From positions 6,801-70,800 of the forward strand of contig CBFGUK010000003.1 of NCBI GenBank assembly GCA_965651925.1: a stretch of DNA of 64,000 bases, written 5' to 3'. The notes below the pieces were generated by a model that was given only the letters and a program-made list of their open reading frames with translations, did not search any database and was not told the origin of the DNA. Below are positions 13,430 through 21,921 of the stretch, one piece after another. Numbering within the stretch: the first letter of the stretch is position 1; each line of letters starts with the position of its first letter. The translations under genes and the position numbers were made by a program. This DNA is from an uncultured bacterium (GTDB taxonomy: Bacteria > Desulfobacterota > Binatia > HRBIN30 > CADEER01).

Positions 13430-13747
13430 GTGGCGATCACACTGACCGACAACGCCGTGATGAAGATTCTCAGCCTGGTGAGCGAGGCGCCGTCGAAGGG
13501 GCTCCGCGTGAAGGTTGTCGGCGGCGGCTGCTCCGGCCTGCAGTACCGGATGGATCTCGACGAGCCCAAGGCGGGCGACAAGATCTTCGAGCGCGACGGG
13601 GCACGGATGATCGTCGACCGCAAGAGCTTTCTGTACCTGAATGGCACCGAGCTCGATTTCGCCGACGGGCTGATGGCCACCGGCTTCACGCTGCACAACC
13701 CGAACGTCAAGAAGACCTGCGGCTGCGGCGCGTCGTTCTCGGTGTGA
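13430..13747 (+). CDS. iscA: Fe-S cluster assembly A-type carrier (IscA/HesB family).
   Basis: 105 aa. GGGCSG...KKTCGCGASFSV conserved cysteines. Starts 13 nt after iscS. Confidence 0.9.
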   Translation: MAITLTDNAVMKILSLVSEAPSKGLRVKVVGGGCSGLQYRMDLDEPKAGDKIFERDGARMIVDRKSFLYLNGTELDFADGLMATGFTLHNPNVKKTCGCGASFSV

Positions 13748-13903
13748 CCGGCGTGCCGGCGCGGGGCAGTTCCGCGCGCAGGTGACCGCGCAACAATCTT
13801 TTACATGCCCGCCCGGGCGCCCGTCCCTCCGTCCCCCGAGGCGCGCCAATCGGGCGGACGCCAGCGGAATTGCTGGCGTTTCGCGCCAGCCGCCCACGGT
13901 TCC

Positions 13904-13935
13904 GGGGTGCCGCGCGACCGCCCCAGCTTTTTTTT
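13904..13935 (+). terminator. Candidate intrinsic terminator downstream of iscS-iscA.
   Basis: Stem GGGGTG (13904-13909), loop ccgcgcgac, stem CGCCCC (13919-13924) with one G.U pair, then agc and a T8 tract (13928-13935). A T8 run is exceptional in this GC-rich sequence. Confidence 0.45.
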
Positions 13936-13977
13936 CGCTTGGTCGAATACCGATCACGAGCCTCCGTCTACGGGGGC

Positions 13978-14403
13978 ATGCGTGACGACCACGTAGGCGA
14001 GGGACGCCTCTTCGAACCCGACATCATGCTCCCGGCGCAGTACTTCGCGGTCCTGCGCAAGTCGGCTCCCCAGGGACCCGAGTACCAGCTGGTCCTGGCG
14101 ATGCTGCAGGACGCGGTCGAATGCTTCCAGAAGCATCGCTTCGCGGTCGAACCGCACGGCCGAGAGCTCTTCGAGGATGCACGCGACTGGATCCTCTCCG
14201 AGGATCGGAGCTGGCCATTCTCGTTCGAGAACGTCTGCATGATCCTGCGGCTCGAACCGAGCTTCGTACGCAATGGCCTGCTGCGCTGGGCCGAGCGCGC
14301 CGAGGCGGCACGCCGCAGCGGCAAGCTGGTGCCGTTCGCCCCCACCGCCCGGGCGGCGCGGCGCGGCGCCGAGCCGCCGACGGTCACGGCGAAGGCCAGC
14401 TGA
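13978..14403 (+). CDS. Hypothetical protein (141 aa).
   Basis: Internal ATG (MRDDHVGEGRLFEPDIM...) of the track ORF 13870..14403. The upstream part spans the T8 terminator and is low GC. No recognisable domain. GC-rich third positions. Confidence 0.4.
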   Translation: MRDDHVGEGRLFEPDIMLPAQYFAVLRKSAPQGPEYQLVLAMLQDAVECFQKHRFAVEPHGRELFEDARDWILSEDRSWPFSFENVCMILRLEPSFVRNGLLRWAERAEAARRSGKLVPFAPTARAARRGAEPPTVTAKAS

Positions 14404-14458
14404 CACAGCCCCCCGGCGCGCATTGCCCGGGGGCAGGGCGGCAGCGTAGGCTCGCGCC

Positions 14459-16147
14459 ATGTGGCGCACGCTCCGGCGCGCGGCAGCGCGCGGCCTGCTC
14501 CATGCCGCCGGCTGGGTGCGTCGTGACAAGCCGTCCGGTGTGCTCAGCCTCGCGCTCAGCGGCGAGCTGGCCGAGGACGGCGGCGAGCCGCGGCTGGTCG
14601 GCCTGCTGCGCAAGCCGCCGATCGATTACCTCGCGACGCTGACGCTGCTGCGCTGGGCGCGCGAGGATCCCGCCCTGCGCGGCGTCCTGCTGCGCCTCGA
14701 CGACCTGCACGTCAGCTGGGCACGGCTGCAGGGCCTGCGGCGCGCGATCGAGCGCCTGCGGCTTTGCGGCAAAACCGTCTGGGTGCACCTCGAGCGTGCC
14801 GGCCTCGCCGAGTACTACCTCGCGTCGGCCGCAACGCGCGTGCTGCTCGCGCCCGCCGCGACGCTCGATGTCGCCGGCCTGTCCTCCGAGGCGCTGTTCC
14901 TGCACGACGTCCTCGACCGCATCGGGGTCGACGCCGAGGTCATCCAGATCGGCCGCTTCAAGTCGGCGGGCGAGACGCTCACCCGATCCGACATGTCGCC
15001 CGCCCATCGCGAAATGCTCGAGGCCGTGGTCGACGATCTCTTCGAGCAGGTGGTCGCGGCGGTCGCCACGGCGCGCGCGCTGCCGCCGGAGGTGGTCCGC
15101 GAGCGCCTCGGCGCGGGGCCGTACGTCGCCGCCGAGGCGCAGGCGCACGGGCTGATCGATGCCACCGCGTACGCCGACGAAGCCGAGGCGCAGCTCGTCG
15201 AGGCGTGCGCCGCGGCTCCGCTGATCGAGCGCGACGACTACGTGCGCCAACGCGGGCGGGTCATGCGCCTGGCGGCACTGCGCGGCGAACGGCGCACTGT
15301 CGCGCTGCTCTACGTCACGGGCACGATCAAGGCGGGCGACAGTGTGACGCGGCCGGACGGCGCCACCGCCGCCGGCGCGCGCACGCTCGCCGCGGCGCTG
15401 CGGCGCATCCGGGAACGCGAGGACATCGCGGCGCTGGTGCTGCGCGTCGCCAGCCCGGGCGGGTCGGCGCTCGCCTCCGACCTCATCTGGCGCGAGCTCG
15501 AGCGCACACGCGCGGCGAAGCCGGTGGTCGTCAGCTGCGGCGATGTCGCCGCCTCCGGCGGCTACTACATCGCCCTCGCCGGCCAGCCGCTGCTCGCCGA
15601 GGCCGGGTCGCTGACCGGCTCGATCGGCGTGCTCGCCGGCAAGGCGACCCTGCGCCGCCTGTACGACCGGATCGGGGTGCGCAAGGAGCTGGTGACGCGC
15701 GGGCGGCACGCGGGAATGTTTTCCGACTACACGATGCTCGATGCCGACGGGCGGGGACGCATCACCGTGCAGGCCGAGACGTTCTACCGCGACTTCGTCG
15801 CCAAGGTCGCCGCGGCGCGCGGCCTCGCGCCCGACGCCGCCGAGGCGAGCGCGCAGGGCCGGGTGTGGACGGGTCGTCAGGCGCAGGCGCGCGGACTCGT
15901 CGACGAGCTCGGCGGGCTCGAAGAGGCGTTCGACATCGTCAAGCGCGCGCTCGGCGTGCCGCTCGACGAACCGGTGCTCGTCGAGCGCTTCCCGCGCCCG
16001 CGCCGCTGGTGGGAGCTGTCGTTCGGCCTGCCGATCCCGCGGCGCGCGGCACTCGGCGACGAGCTGATCACCGCCGTGCCGGCGCTGTCCATCCTGCTGC
16101 GCGAACGCGTCTGGGCGCTGCTCCCGTTCCACATCCGCTTCTTCTGA
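14459..16147 (+). CDS. sppA: Signal peptide peptidase SppA (protease IV, 67K type) with two ClpP/crotonase-like domains.
   Basis: 562 aa. Duplicated S49 domains; catalytic region VVVSCGDVAASGGYYIALAG with the Ser-Lys dyad context. Confidence 0.85.
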   Translation: MWRTLRRAAARGLLHAAGWVRRDKPSGVLSLALSGELAEDGGEPRLVGLLRKPPIDYLATLTLLRWAREDPALRGVLLRLDDLHVSWARLQGLRRAIERLRLCGKTVWVHLERAGLAEYYLASAATRVLLAPAATLDVAGLSSEALFLHDVLDRIGVDAEVIQIGRFKSAGETLTRSDMSPAHREMLEAVVDDLFEQVVAAVATARALPPEVVRERLGAGPYVAAEAQAHGLIDATAYADEAEAQLVEACAAAPLIERDDYVRQRGRVMRLAALRGERRTVALLYVTGTIKAGDSVTRPDGATAAGARTLAAALRRIREREDIAALVLRVASPGGSALASDLIWRELERTRAAKPVVVSCGDVAASGGYYIALAGQPLLAEAGSLTGSIGVLAGKATLRRLYDRIGVRKELVTRGRHAGMFSDYTMLDADGRGRITVQAETFYRDFVAKVAAARGLAPDAAEASAQGRVWTGRQAQARGLVDELGGLEEAFDIVKRALGVPLDEPVLVERFPRPRRWWELSFGLPIPRRAALGDELITAVPALSILLRERVWALLPFHIRFF

Positions 16148-16214
16148 CCGCGGCGATTGCTTTCATTCCGGGACTTGGCGTCCCTGGCGCCTCGGCGGTT
16201 CAGTTTCTGGAGCA

Positions 16215-17132
16215 TCACCGTTCGTACGGCTGTCCGAGGGCGGCGGGAGCGGCGCGGCGGCCGACGAAGCCGGCGAGGACGAGCAGCGTCAGGACGTAGG
16301 GCAGGATCAGGAAGAACTGGAACGGTACGTCGAGGCCGAGCGCCTGGAAATGGAACTGCAGCGCCGTGGCGAAGCCGAAACCGAGCGCGGCGAGCAGGGC
16401 CCCGAGCGGGTGGCGCCGGCCGACGATGACGATGGCCAGCGCGATGAAGCCGCGGCCGGCCGACATGCCCTCGACGAACGTGTTCGCATAGGCAGTCGAG
16501 AGAAACGCGCCGCCGCTCGCCGCAAGGGCGCCACAGGCGAGGAGGGCCGCCAGGCGCACGCGGCGCACGGCGACCCCCTGCGTCTCCGCCGCCCACGGGT
16601 TCTCGCCGACCATGCGCACCCGCAGCCCGGCGAGCGTGCGCGTGAAGAACAGCCAGAGGAGCGGCACGAGCGCGAAGGCCGCGTAGCCGAGCAGCGTCTG
16701 GTCGAACAACGGTCCGATCACCGGCAGCCCGGCAAGTCCGGGCACGGAGAGGCGCGGCATCCCGGCGACGGTGAGCGCCGCGCCGGTGACCCCGAACGTC
16801 GCGCGGTAGGCGACGCCGGTGAGCCCGGCGGCGAGGAGATTGAGGGCCGTGCCGGCGACCACCTGATGCGCCTGCCAGTGAACGACGAACAATCCGAGGA
16901 GGGCGCCGGACGCGAGACCGACGAGCAGTGCGGCGCCGACACCGAGCACGGTCGAGCCGCTGAGCAGGGTGACCACGAGCGCCGCGAACGCGCCGCCGAG
17001 CAGCATTCCCTCGAGGCCGATGTTGAGCACGCCGGCGCGCTCGGCGATCAGCTCGCCGAGCGCCGCCAGCAGCAACGGCACCGCCATGGTGATCGTCGAG
17101 GCGATGAGCGCCGTGAGCAGGTCGTCGCTCAT
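16215..17132 (-). CDS. ABC transporter permease (BMP/nucleoside-sugar type, second permease).
   Basis: Internal start MSDDLLTALIAS of the track ORF 16215..18218. About 8 TM helices. The ATGA junction overlaps the upstream permease stop. Confidence 0.85.
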   Translation of the reverse strand: MSDDLLTALIASTITMAVPLLLAALGELIAERAGVLNIGLEGMLLGGAFAALVVTLLSGSTVLGVGAALLVGLASGALLGLFVVHWQAHQVVAGTALNLLAAGLTGVAYRATFGVTGAALTVAGMPRLSVPGLAGLPVIGPLFDQTLLGYAAFALVPLLWLFFTRTLAGLRVRMVGENPWAAETQGVAVRRVRLAALLACGALAASGGAFLSTAYANTFVEGMSAGRGFIALAIVIVGRRHPLGALLAALGFGFATALQFHFQALGLDVPFQFFLILPYVLTLLVLAGFVGRRAAPAALGQPYER

Positions 17133-18139
17133 GTGGGCACCGCGCCGCGGCGCTGCTCGAGCGCGAGCAGCGTCAGGATGACGATCGCCTGCACGGCGGC
17201 AACGAGCACCGACGACACGCCGGCGACGCGCTGCATCGCCAGCGAGCCGACGTCGAGCGCGGCGAAGAAGAGGGCCGCGCCGAGCACGCCGAGTGGATGC
17301 AGGCGGCCGAGCAGCGCGACGGCGATCGCGGTGAACCCATAGCCAGGCGAGAAGTTCTCGTAGAGCCGGAAGGTGACGGCGCTCACCTCGATGCCCCCGG
17401 CCAGCCCGGCGAGCGCACCGCTGTAGAGCAGGGCCTGCGCCACGGCGCTGCCGGTGCGCAGGCCGGCGAGGCGCGCGGCAATCGGGTTGAGTCCGGCGGC
17501 GCGCATCTCGAAGCCGAGCGCCGTGCGGAACAGGAGGACCCAGGCGCCGGCCGCCGCGAGCCCGGCGAGCAGGAGTCCGACGTGCACGCGGTAACCGCTG
17601 AACAGGCGCGGCAGCCGGACCGCGCTGCTCACCGCGTCGCTCTGCGGATACGCGCCCGCGGCCTCCATCAACGGCCCGTGCACCAGCCAGCCGACCAGGC
17701 CGAGGGCGACGAAGTTGAGCATGATCGTGCTGATCACCTCGTCGACACCGCGCGTCGTGCGCAGCACTGCCGCGATGCCCGCCCACGCGGCGCCGGCGAG
17801 CGCCGCCGCGACGAGCGCGGCGGGCGCGGCGCACCACGCCGGCCAGCCGGCCAGCGGTGCCCCGAGGGCTGCGACGACGATGGCGCCGAGCAGCAGCTGT
17901 CCCTCGGCGCCGATGTTCCAGATCCCGGCGCGGAACGCGATCGCAACCGCGAGGCCGGTGAGCAGCAGCGGCGCGGTGCGCACGCCGACCTCCGACCACG
18001 CGTCGGCGCTGCCGAACGCGCCCTCGACGAGCGCACCGAGCGCCAGGCGCGGATCGCCGCCGGCGACGATGATGAGCAGCGCGCTGGCGGCGAACGCCGC
18101 CGCCAGCGCGCCGGCCGGCGCCGCGATGCGTCCGGTCAC
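17129..18139 (-). CDS. ABC transporter permease (first permease of the BMP-type importer).
   Basis: GTG start at VTGRIAAPAG (residue 187 of the track ORF 17129..18697), overlapping the ATPase stop as GTGA. Polytopic membrane protein. Confidence 0.8.
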   Translation of the reverse strand: MTGRIAAPAGALAAAFAASALLIIVAGGDPRLALGALVEGAFGSADAWSEVGVRTAPLLLTGLAVAIAFRAGIWNIGAEGQLLLGAIVVAALGAPLAGWPAWCAAPAALVAAALAGAAWAGIAAVLRTTRGVDEVISTIMLNFVALGLVGWLVHGPLMEAAGAYPQSDAVSSAVRLPRLFSGYRVHVGLLLAGLAAAGAWVLLFRTALGFEMRAAGLNPIAARLAGLRTGSAVAQALLYSGALAGLAGGIEVSAVTFRLYENFSPGYGFTAIAVALLGRLHPLGVLGAALFFAALDVGSLAMQRVAGVSSVLVAAVQAIVILTLLALEQRRGAVPT

Positions 18140-19644
18140 GCGACCTCGCTTCCCGCCAGCATCGCGCCGAGCCGCTCCACCGGCAGTGGCCGCTCGAGCC
18201 ATGGGCCGAGGCGGCCACGGAACAGCACGGCGACGCGATGCGCGTGCGCGACGATCTCGTCGAGATCGCTGGCGATCAGCAGCACGCCCGCGCCGCGCGC
18301 CAGCGCGGCGCGCAGCGCCGCATACACGGCGGCGGCGGCGGCGACGTCGAGCCCGCGGGTCGGATTGACCGCCACCAGCACGCGCGGCGTGGTCACCAGC
18401 GCCCGCCCGACGATGAGCTTCTGCAGGTTGCCGCCGGAGAGACTGCGCGCCGGTACATCGAGCCCGCCGGTGCGGATCTGGTACGCATCGATCAGGGCGC
18501 GCGCCGTGGCGCGCTGTGCCGCCGGGCGGAGCAGCGCGCCGTGGGCGCGCAGCAGGCGCACGTTCAGCACGGCATTCTCGGCGACGGTCATCTCGGCGAC
18601 CACGCCGTCGCGCTGGCGATCGGGCGGGATACAAGCGAGGCCGCCGGCGATCGCCGCGGCCGGCGTGCCGGGCGGCAGCGGGGCACCGCCGATCCACATC
18701 GCGCCGCGCAGCGGGACGCGCACGCCGGTGAGCGCCTCGAAGAGCTCCGTCTGTCCGTTGCCATCGACGCCGGCGATGCCGACGATCTCGCCCCCGTGCA
18801 CGGTGAGCGACACGCCATCGAGTGCCGGGGAGGCGCCGGGCGTGCCGACGACGAGGTCGGCGACGCGCAGCTGCTCCGCGCCCCGCACGCCGGCGCCTGC
18901 GCCTTCATCGCCGCTGGCGAGCGTGCCGACCATCAGTTGTGCAAGCCGCGCGGCGTCGGCCTCGGCGCGACCGACCTGCGCGACGACGCGGCCGCGGCGC
19001 ATCACGGTCACCGTGTCGGCGAGCAGGGTCACCTCGGCGAGCCGGTGCGTGATGAACAGGACGGCGGTGCCCTGGTCGCGCAGGCGGTCGAGCACGGCGA
19101 ACAGGTGCGTGACCTCGGCGGGCGTCAGCACCGCCGTCGGTTCGTCGAGGATCAGCACGCGGGTGTTGCCGGCCAGCGCCTTGACGATCTCGATCCGCTG
19201 GCGCTGGCCGACGGGCAGGGAGCCGACGGGTGCGTCGAGGTCGCCGAGCTCCAGGCCGATCTCGCCGGCGAGCCGCCGCGCCGCGGCGGCAACCCGGTCC
19301 GGCCGCCAGCGGCGCTCCCCCGGCGGGCTCAGCGCCAGCGCGAGATTTTCGGTGACACTGAGCGCGTCGATGAGCGCGAACTCCTGATGCACCATGCCGA
19401 TGCCGGCCCGGCGCGCGTCGAGCGCGCTGGAGAAGCGCACCGCCGCCCCGTCGAGGGACAGCGTGCCGCTGTCCGGCGCGACGAGGCCGTAGATCACCCG
19501 CATCAGCGTCGACTTGCCGGCACCGTTCTCGCCGAGCACGGCGTGCACCGTGCCGCGCTGCACGTCGAGATCCACGCCGGCGAGCGCCTCGACGGCGCCG
19601 AAGCGCTTGCTGATGCCGCGCAGCGAGAGCACGCAGCTCATCAC
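18136..19644 (-). CDS. ABC transporter ATP-binding protein with two fused nucleotide-binding domains.
   Basis: 502 aa. Walker A GENGAGKST in the first NBD and GVDGNGQTE in the second. ABC signatures LPVGQRQR and LSGGNLQK. Confidence 0.9.
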   Translation of the reverse strand: MMSCVLSLRGISKRFGAVEALAGVDLDVQRGTVHAVLGENGAGKSTLMRVIYGLVAPDSGTLSLDGAAVRFSSALDARRAGIGMVHQEFALIDALSVTENLALALSPPGERRWRPDRVAAAARRLAGEIGLELGDLDAPVGSLPVGQRQRIEIVKALAGNTRVLILDEPTAVLTPAEVTHLFAVLDRLRDQGTAVLFITHRLAEVTLLADTVTVMRRGRVVAQVGRAEADAARLAQLMVGTLASGDEGAGAGVRGAEQLRVADLVVGTPGASPALDGVSLTVHGGEIVGIAGVDGNGQTELFEALTGVRVPLRGAMWIGGAPLPPGTPAAAIAGGLACIPPDRQRDGVVAEMTVAENAVLNVRLLRAHGALLRPAAQRATARALIDAYQIRTGGLDVPARSLSGGNLQKLIVGRALVTTPRVLVAVNPTRGLDVAAAAAVYAALRAALARGAGVLLIASDLDEIVAHAHRVAVLFRGRLGPWLERPLPVERLGAMLAGSEVA

Positions 19645-19675
19645 GCGGGAGTGCCTGGCGCGCGGCCGAGCGCGA

Positions 19676-20659
19676 TCAGAACTCCGCGCTCGGCGGCACG
19701 AGCGTGCCGGCGACGATCGCCTGGCGCGCTGCCTCGATGCGGTCGCGCACGTCGGCCGGTACGCGGTCGACGAGTGCCGGATTGTATTCCAGCGTCACCA
19801 CGCCGTCGCGCATGCCGAGCTTCTCGACGCGCGCGACGAACGTGCCGTCCTTCACCTGGCGGGCGACGGTGAGAAAGCCGCGCGGAATGTCGATCACCGC
19901 GCTGGCGAGCACGACGTCGGGTGCGATGGCGTTCTGGTTCTTGTTGGCGCCGAACGCGAGCACCTGGCGCTGCTGGGCGGCCTGGAACACGCCGAGCCCG
20001 GCGGCGTCGGCATTGTGGAACAGGAAGTCCGCGCCCTGCTGGACGAGCGCCAGCGCCGCCTCCTTCGCCGCGCCGACGTCCTCCCAGTTGCCGACGTAAC
20101 TGGTGAGCACCCGAAAATCCGGACGCACGGCTTGCGCGCCCGCCTCGTACGCGAGGATCGTGCTCTTCACCGAGGGTATCGCCATGCCGCCGACCGCGCC
20201 GGCCGTGCCGGTCTTCGACAGGGCGGCGGTCAACATGCCCTCGAGGTAGGTTGCCTCCTCGAGCATGAAGCGCAGCGGCGCGACGTTCGGGCGCACGGTG
20301 TTGCCCGAGGTGGTGATGAACACCGTCGCCGGGAAATCGGGGGCGACCGCGGCCGCGGCGTCCTGGAATTCGAACCCGTGGCCGAAGACGAGATCGAAGC
20401 CGCGCCGGGCAAAGTCGCGGAAGCCCTCCTCGAACTGCGCCGGGGTCTTCACCTCCACCTGCGCGATCTCCGCGCCGAGCTGGTCGCGAATCGCGAGCAG
20501 GCCCTCGTAGGCGAGCGCGTTCCAGCCGGCATCGCTCACCGGACCCGGACTGAGGAGCGCGACCTTGAACGTGTCGTCGCCCGCCGCCGGGGCCGAGGAA
20601 TCACGCGAGCAGGCGGCGACGAGGCAGGTGAGCAGCAGCAGGAGCAGGCGGCAGCGCAT
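19676..20659 (-). CDS. BMP-family (basic membrane protein, Med/PnrA-like) ABC substrate-binding lipoprotein.
   Basis: Internal Met MRCRLLLLLLTCLVAAC (lipobox) of the track ORF 19676..20725. Periplasmic-binding-protein fold. First gene of the four-gene ABC operon. Confidence 0.85.
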   Translation of the reverse strand: MRCRLLLLLLTCLVAACSRDSSAPAAGDDTFKVALLSPGPVSDAGWNALAYEGLLAIRDQLGAEIAQVEVKTPAQFEEGFRDFARRGFDLVFGHGFEFQDAAAAVAPDFPATVFITTSGNTVRPNVAPLRFMLEEATYLEGMLTAALSKTGTAGAVGGMAIPSVKSTILAYEAGAQAVRPDFRVLTSYVGNWEDVGAAKEAALALVQQGADFLFHNADAAGLGVFQAAQQRQVLAFGANKNQNAIAPDVVLASAVIDIPRGFLTVARQVKDGTFVARVEKLGMRDGVVTLEYNPALVDRVPADVRDRIEAARQAIVAGTLVPPSAEF

Positions 20660-20920
20660 CGGCGGACCTTTATCGGAGGCGGCCCGGAGCGACAACGATT
20701 CACGTTCCGAACGCGATGCGGCCACGGCGGCGCAGAGGACACGCCGTCGAAAAACGGCTCAGTCCCTCGGATCCGCTGCTGCATCCGTCGACTCGGTGTT
20801 CTCTCCCCCTCGGTGGCAGATCGCGCCGCCCGGAGCACCCGTCGCATCGCGACCGCGAATCGGCGATAAGCGAACAGCCCCTTGGCGTGCGGTGCGCTCC
20901 GCACCTCGGGGTGGCACGCC

Positions 20921-21736
20921 ATGCCGAATCACTTCCTGCTGATCGTCCTCGACAGCTGCCGGTTCGATAGCTTCGTCGCCGCCAATCCGCGCACGATCCA
21001 GCGGCTCGGCACGCTCGAACGGCGCTGGAGCTGGGCGTCGTGGACCTCGCCCTCGCACTACAACCTGCTCACCGGCCTGCTGCCGCACACCAGCCCGCGG
21101 CACGTGTTTGCGTCCGAGTACTACAAACACGACTTCGCAAAGTACGCCGAGCGGCTCGGGGTCGAGCAGGTGGCGTTCAAGGACCTGCTGCCGTCGCTCT
21201 GGCTGCCGACCTTCCTGCGTCGGCGGCTCGGCTTCCGCACGCACGCCCTGGTCTCGCTGCCGGTGCTCAACCCCGCCACGCCGCTGGCGCACGACTTCGA
21301 TTCGTTCACGCTGATGCCGGCGCACAACGACATGGCGGCGATGCTCGATCGGCTGCAGCTCGGCGACGGGCCGAGCTTCCACCTGCTGAACGTCGGCGAG
21401 ACGCATTACCCGTTCGCGCTGCCGGGCGAGGATCCGGCCGCCTGGCCGCGGCTGTCGGGCGTGCATGGCACGCTGCGGCGGCTCGACACGCCGGGCGCCG
21501 GTCCGCCGCCGTTCGATGCGGCGCAGCTCGCGACGCTGCGCGAGCGTCAGGTGGCGGCCGTACGCTATCTCGACGGCGTGTTCGAGCGGCTGTTCGACCT
21601 GCTGCCGCCGCGCACCTGGGTCACTGTCACCGCCGATCACGGCGAGCTCTTCGGCGAGGACGGCTACGTCGGGCACGGTCCGATCCAGCACGACAAGGTG
21701 TTCGAGGTGCCGTTCATCGAGGGCCGGCTGCGCTGA
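20921..21736 (+). CDS. Alkaline-phosphatase-superfamily metalloenzyme, sulfatase-like fold, short form of 271 aa.
   Basis: Internal Met MPNHFLLIVLDSCRFDSF (residue 14 of the track ORF 20882..21736). The sulfatase signature is degenerate: SWTSPSHYNLLTG with Thr where the formylglycine Cys/Ser would sit. C-terminal metal ligands TADHGELFGEDG. Confidence 0.5.
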   Translation: MPNHFLLIVLDSCRFDSFVAANPRTIQRLGTLERRWSWASWTSPSHYNLLTGLLPHTSPRHVFASEYYKHDFAKYAERLGVEQVAFKDLLPSLWLPTFLRRRLGFRTHALVSLPVLNPATPLAHDFDSFTLMPAHNDMAAMLDRLQLGDGPSFHLLNVGETHYPFALPGEDPAAWPRLSGVHGTLRRLDTPGAGPPPFDAAQLATLRERQVAAVRYLDGVFERLFDLLPPRTWVTVTADHGELFGEDGYVGHGPIQHDKVFEVPFIEGRLR

Positions 21737-21921
21737 GCGCGTACGGGCGGGCCGTGCCGCCCCGATCTTCCAGACGTCGAGACGCCGCGGGGGAAGCTGC
21801 AGCGTCAGTCGCATACCGCTCCGCTCCGGCGGGAGGCGACGCGTGGTTGCCGGTGGTGCGCCGCACCTGACATGCGGGGGTGACCACCACCCGGCATACG
21901 CCTTGCTGACCGTCACCTCCG

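Noticed and set aside
17133-18218. Read-through fusion of the two ABC permeases in ORF 16215..18218.
   Set aside because: The extension is an Arg-rich frame overlapping the real upstream permease in another frame. The second permease starts at MSDDLLTAL with an ATGA overlap.
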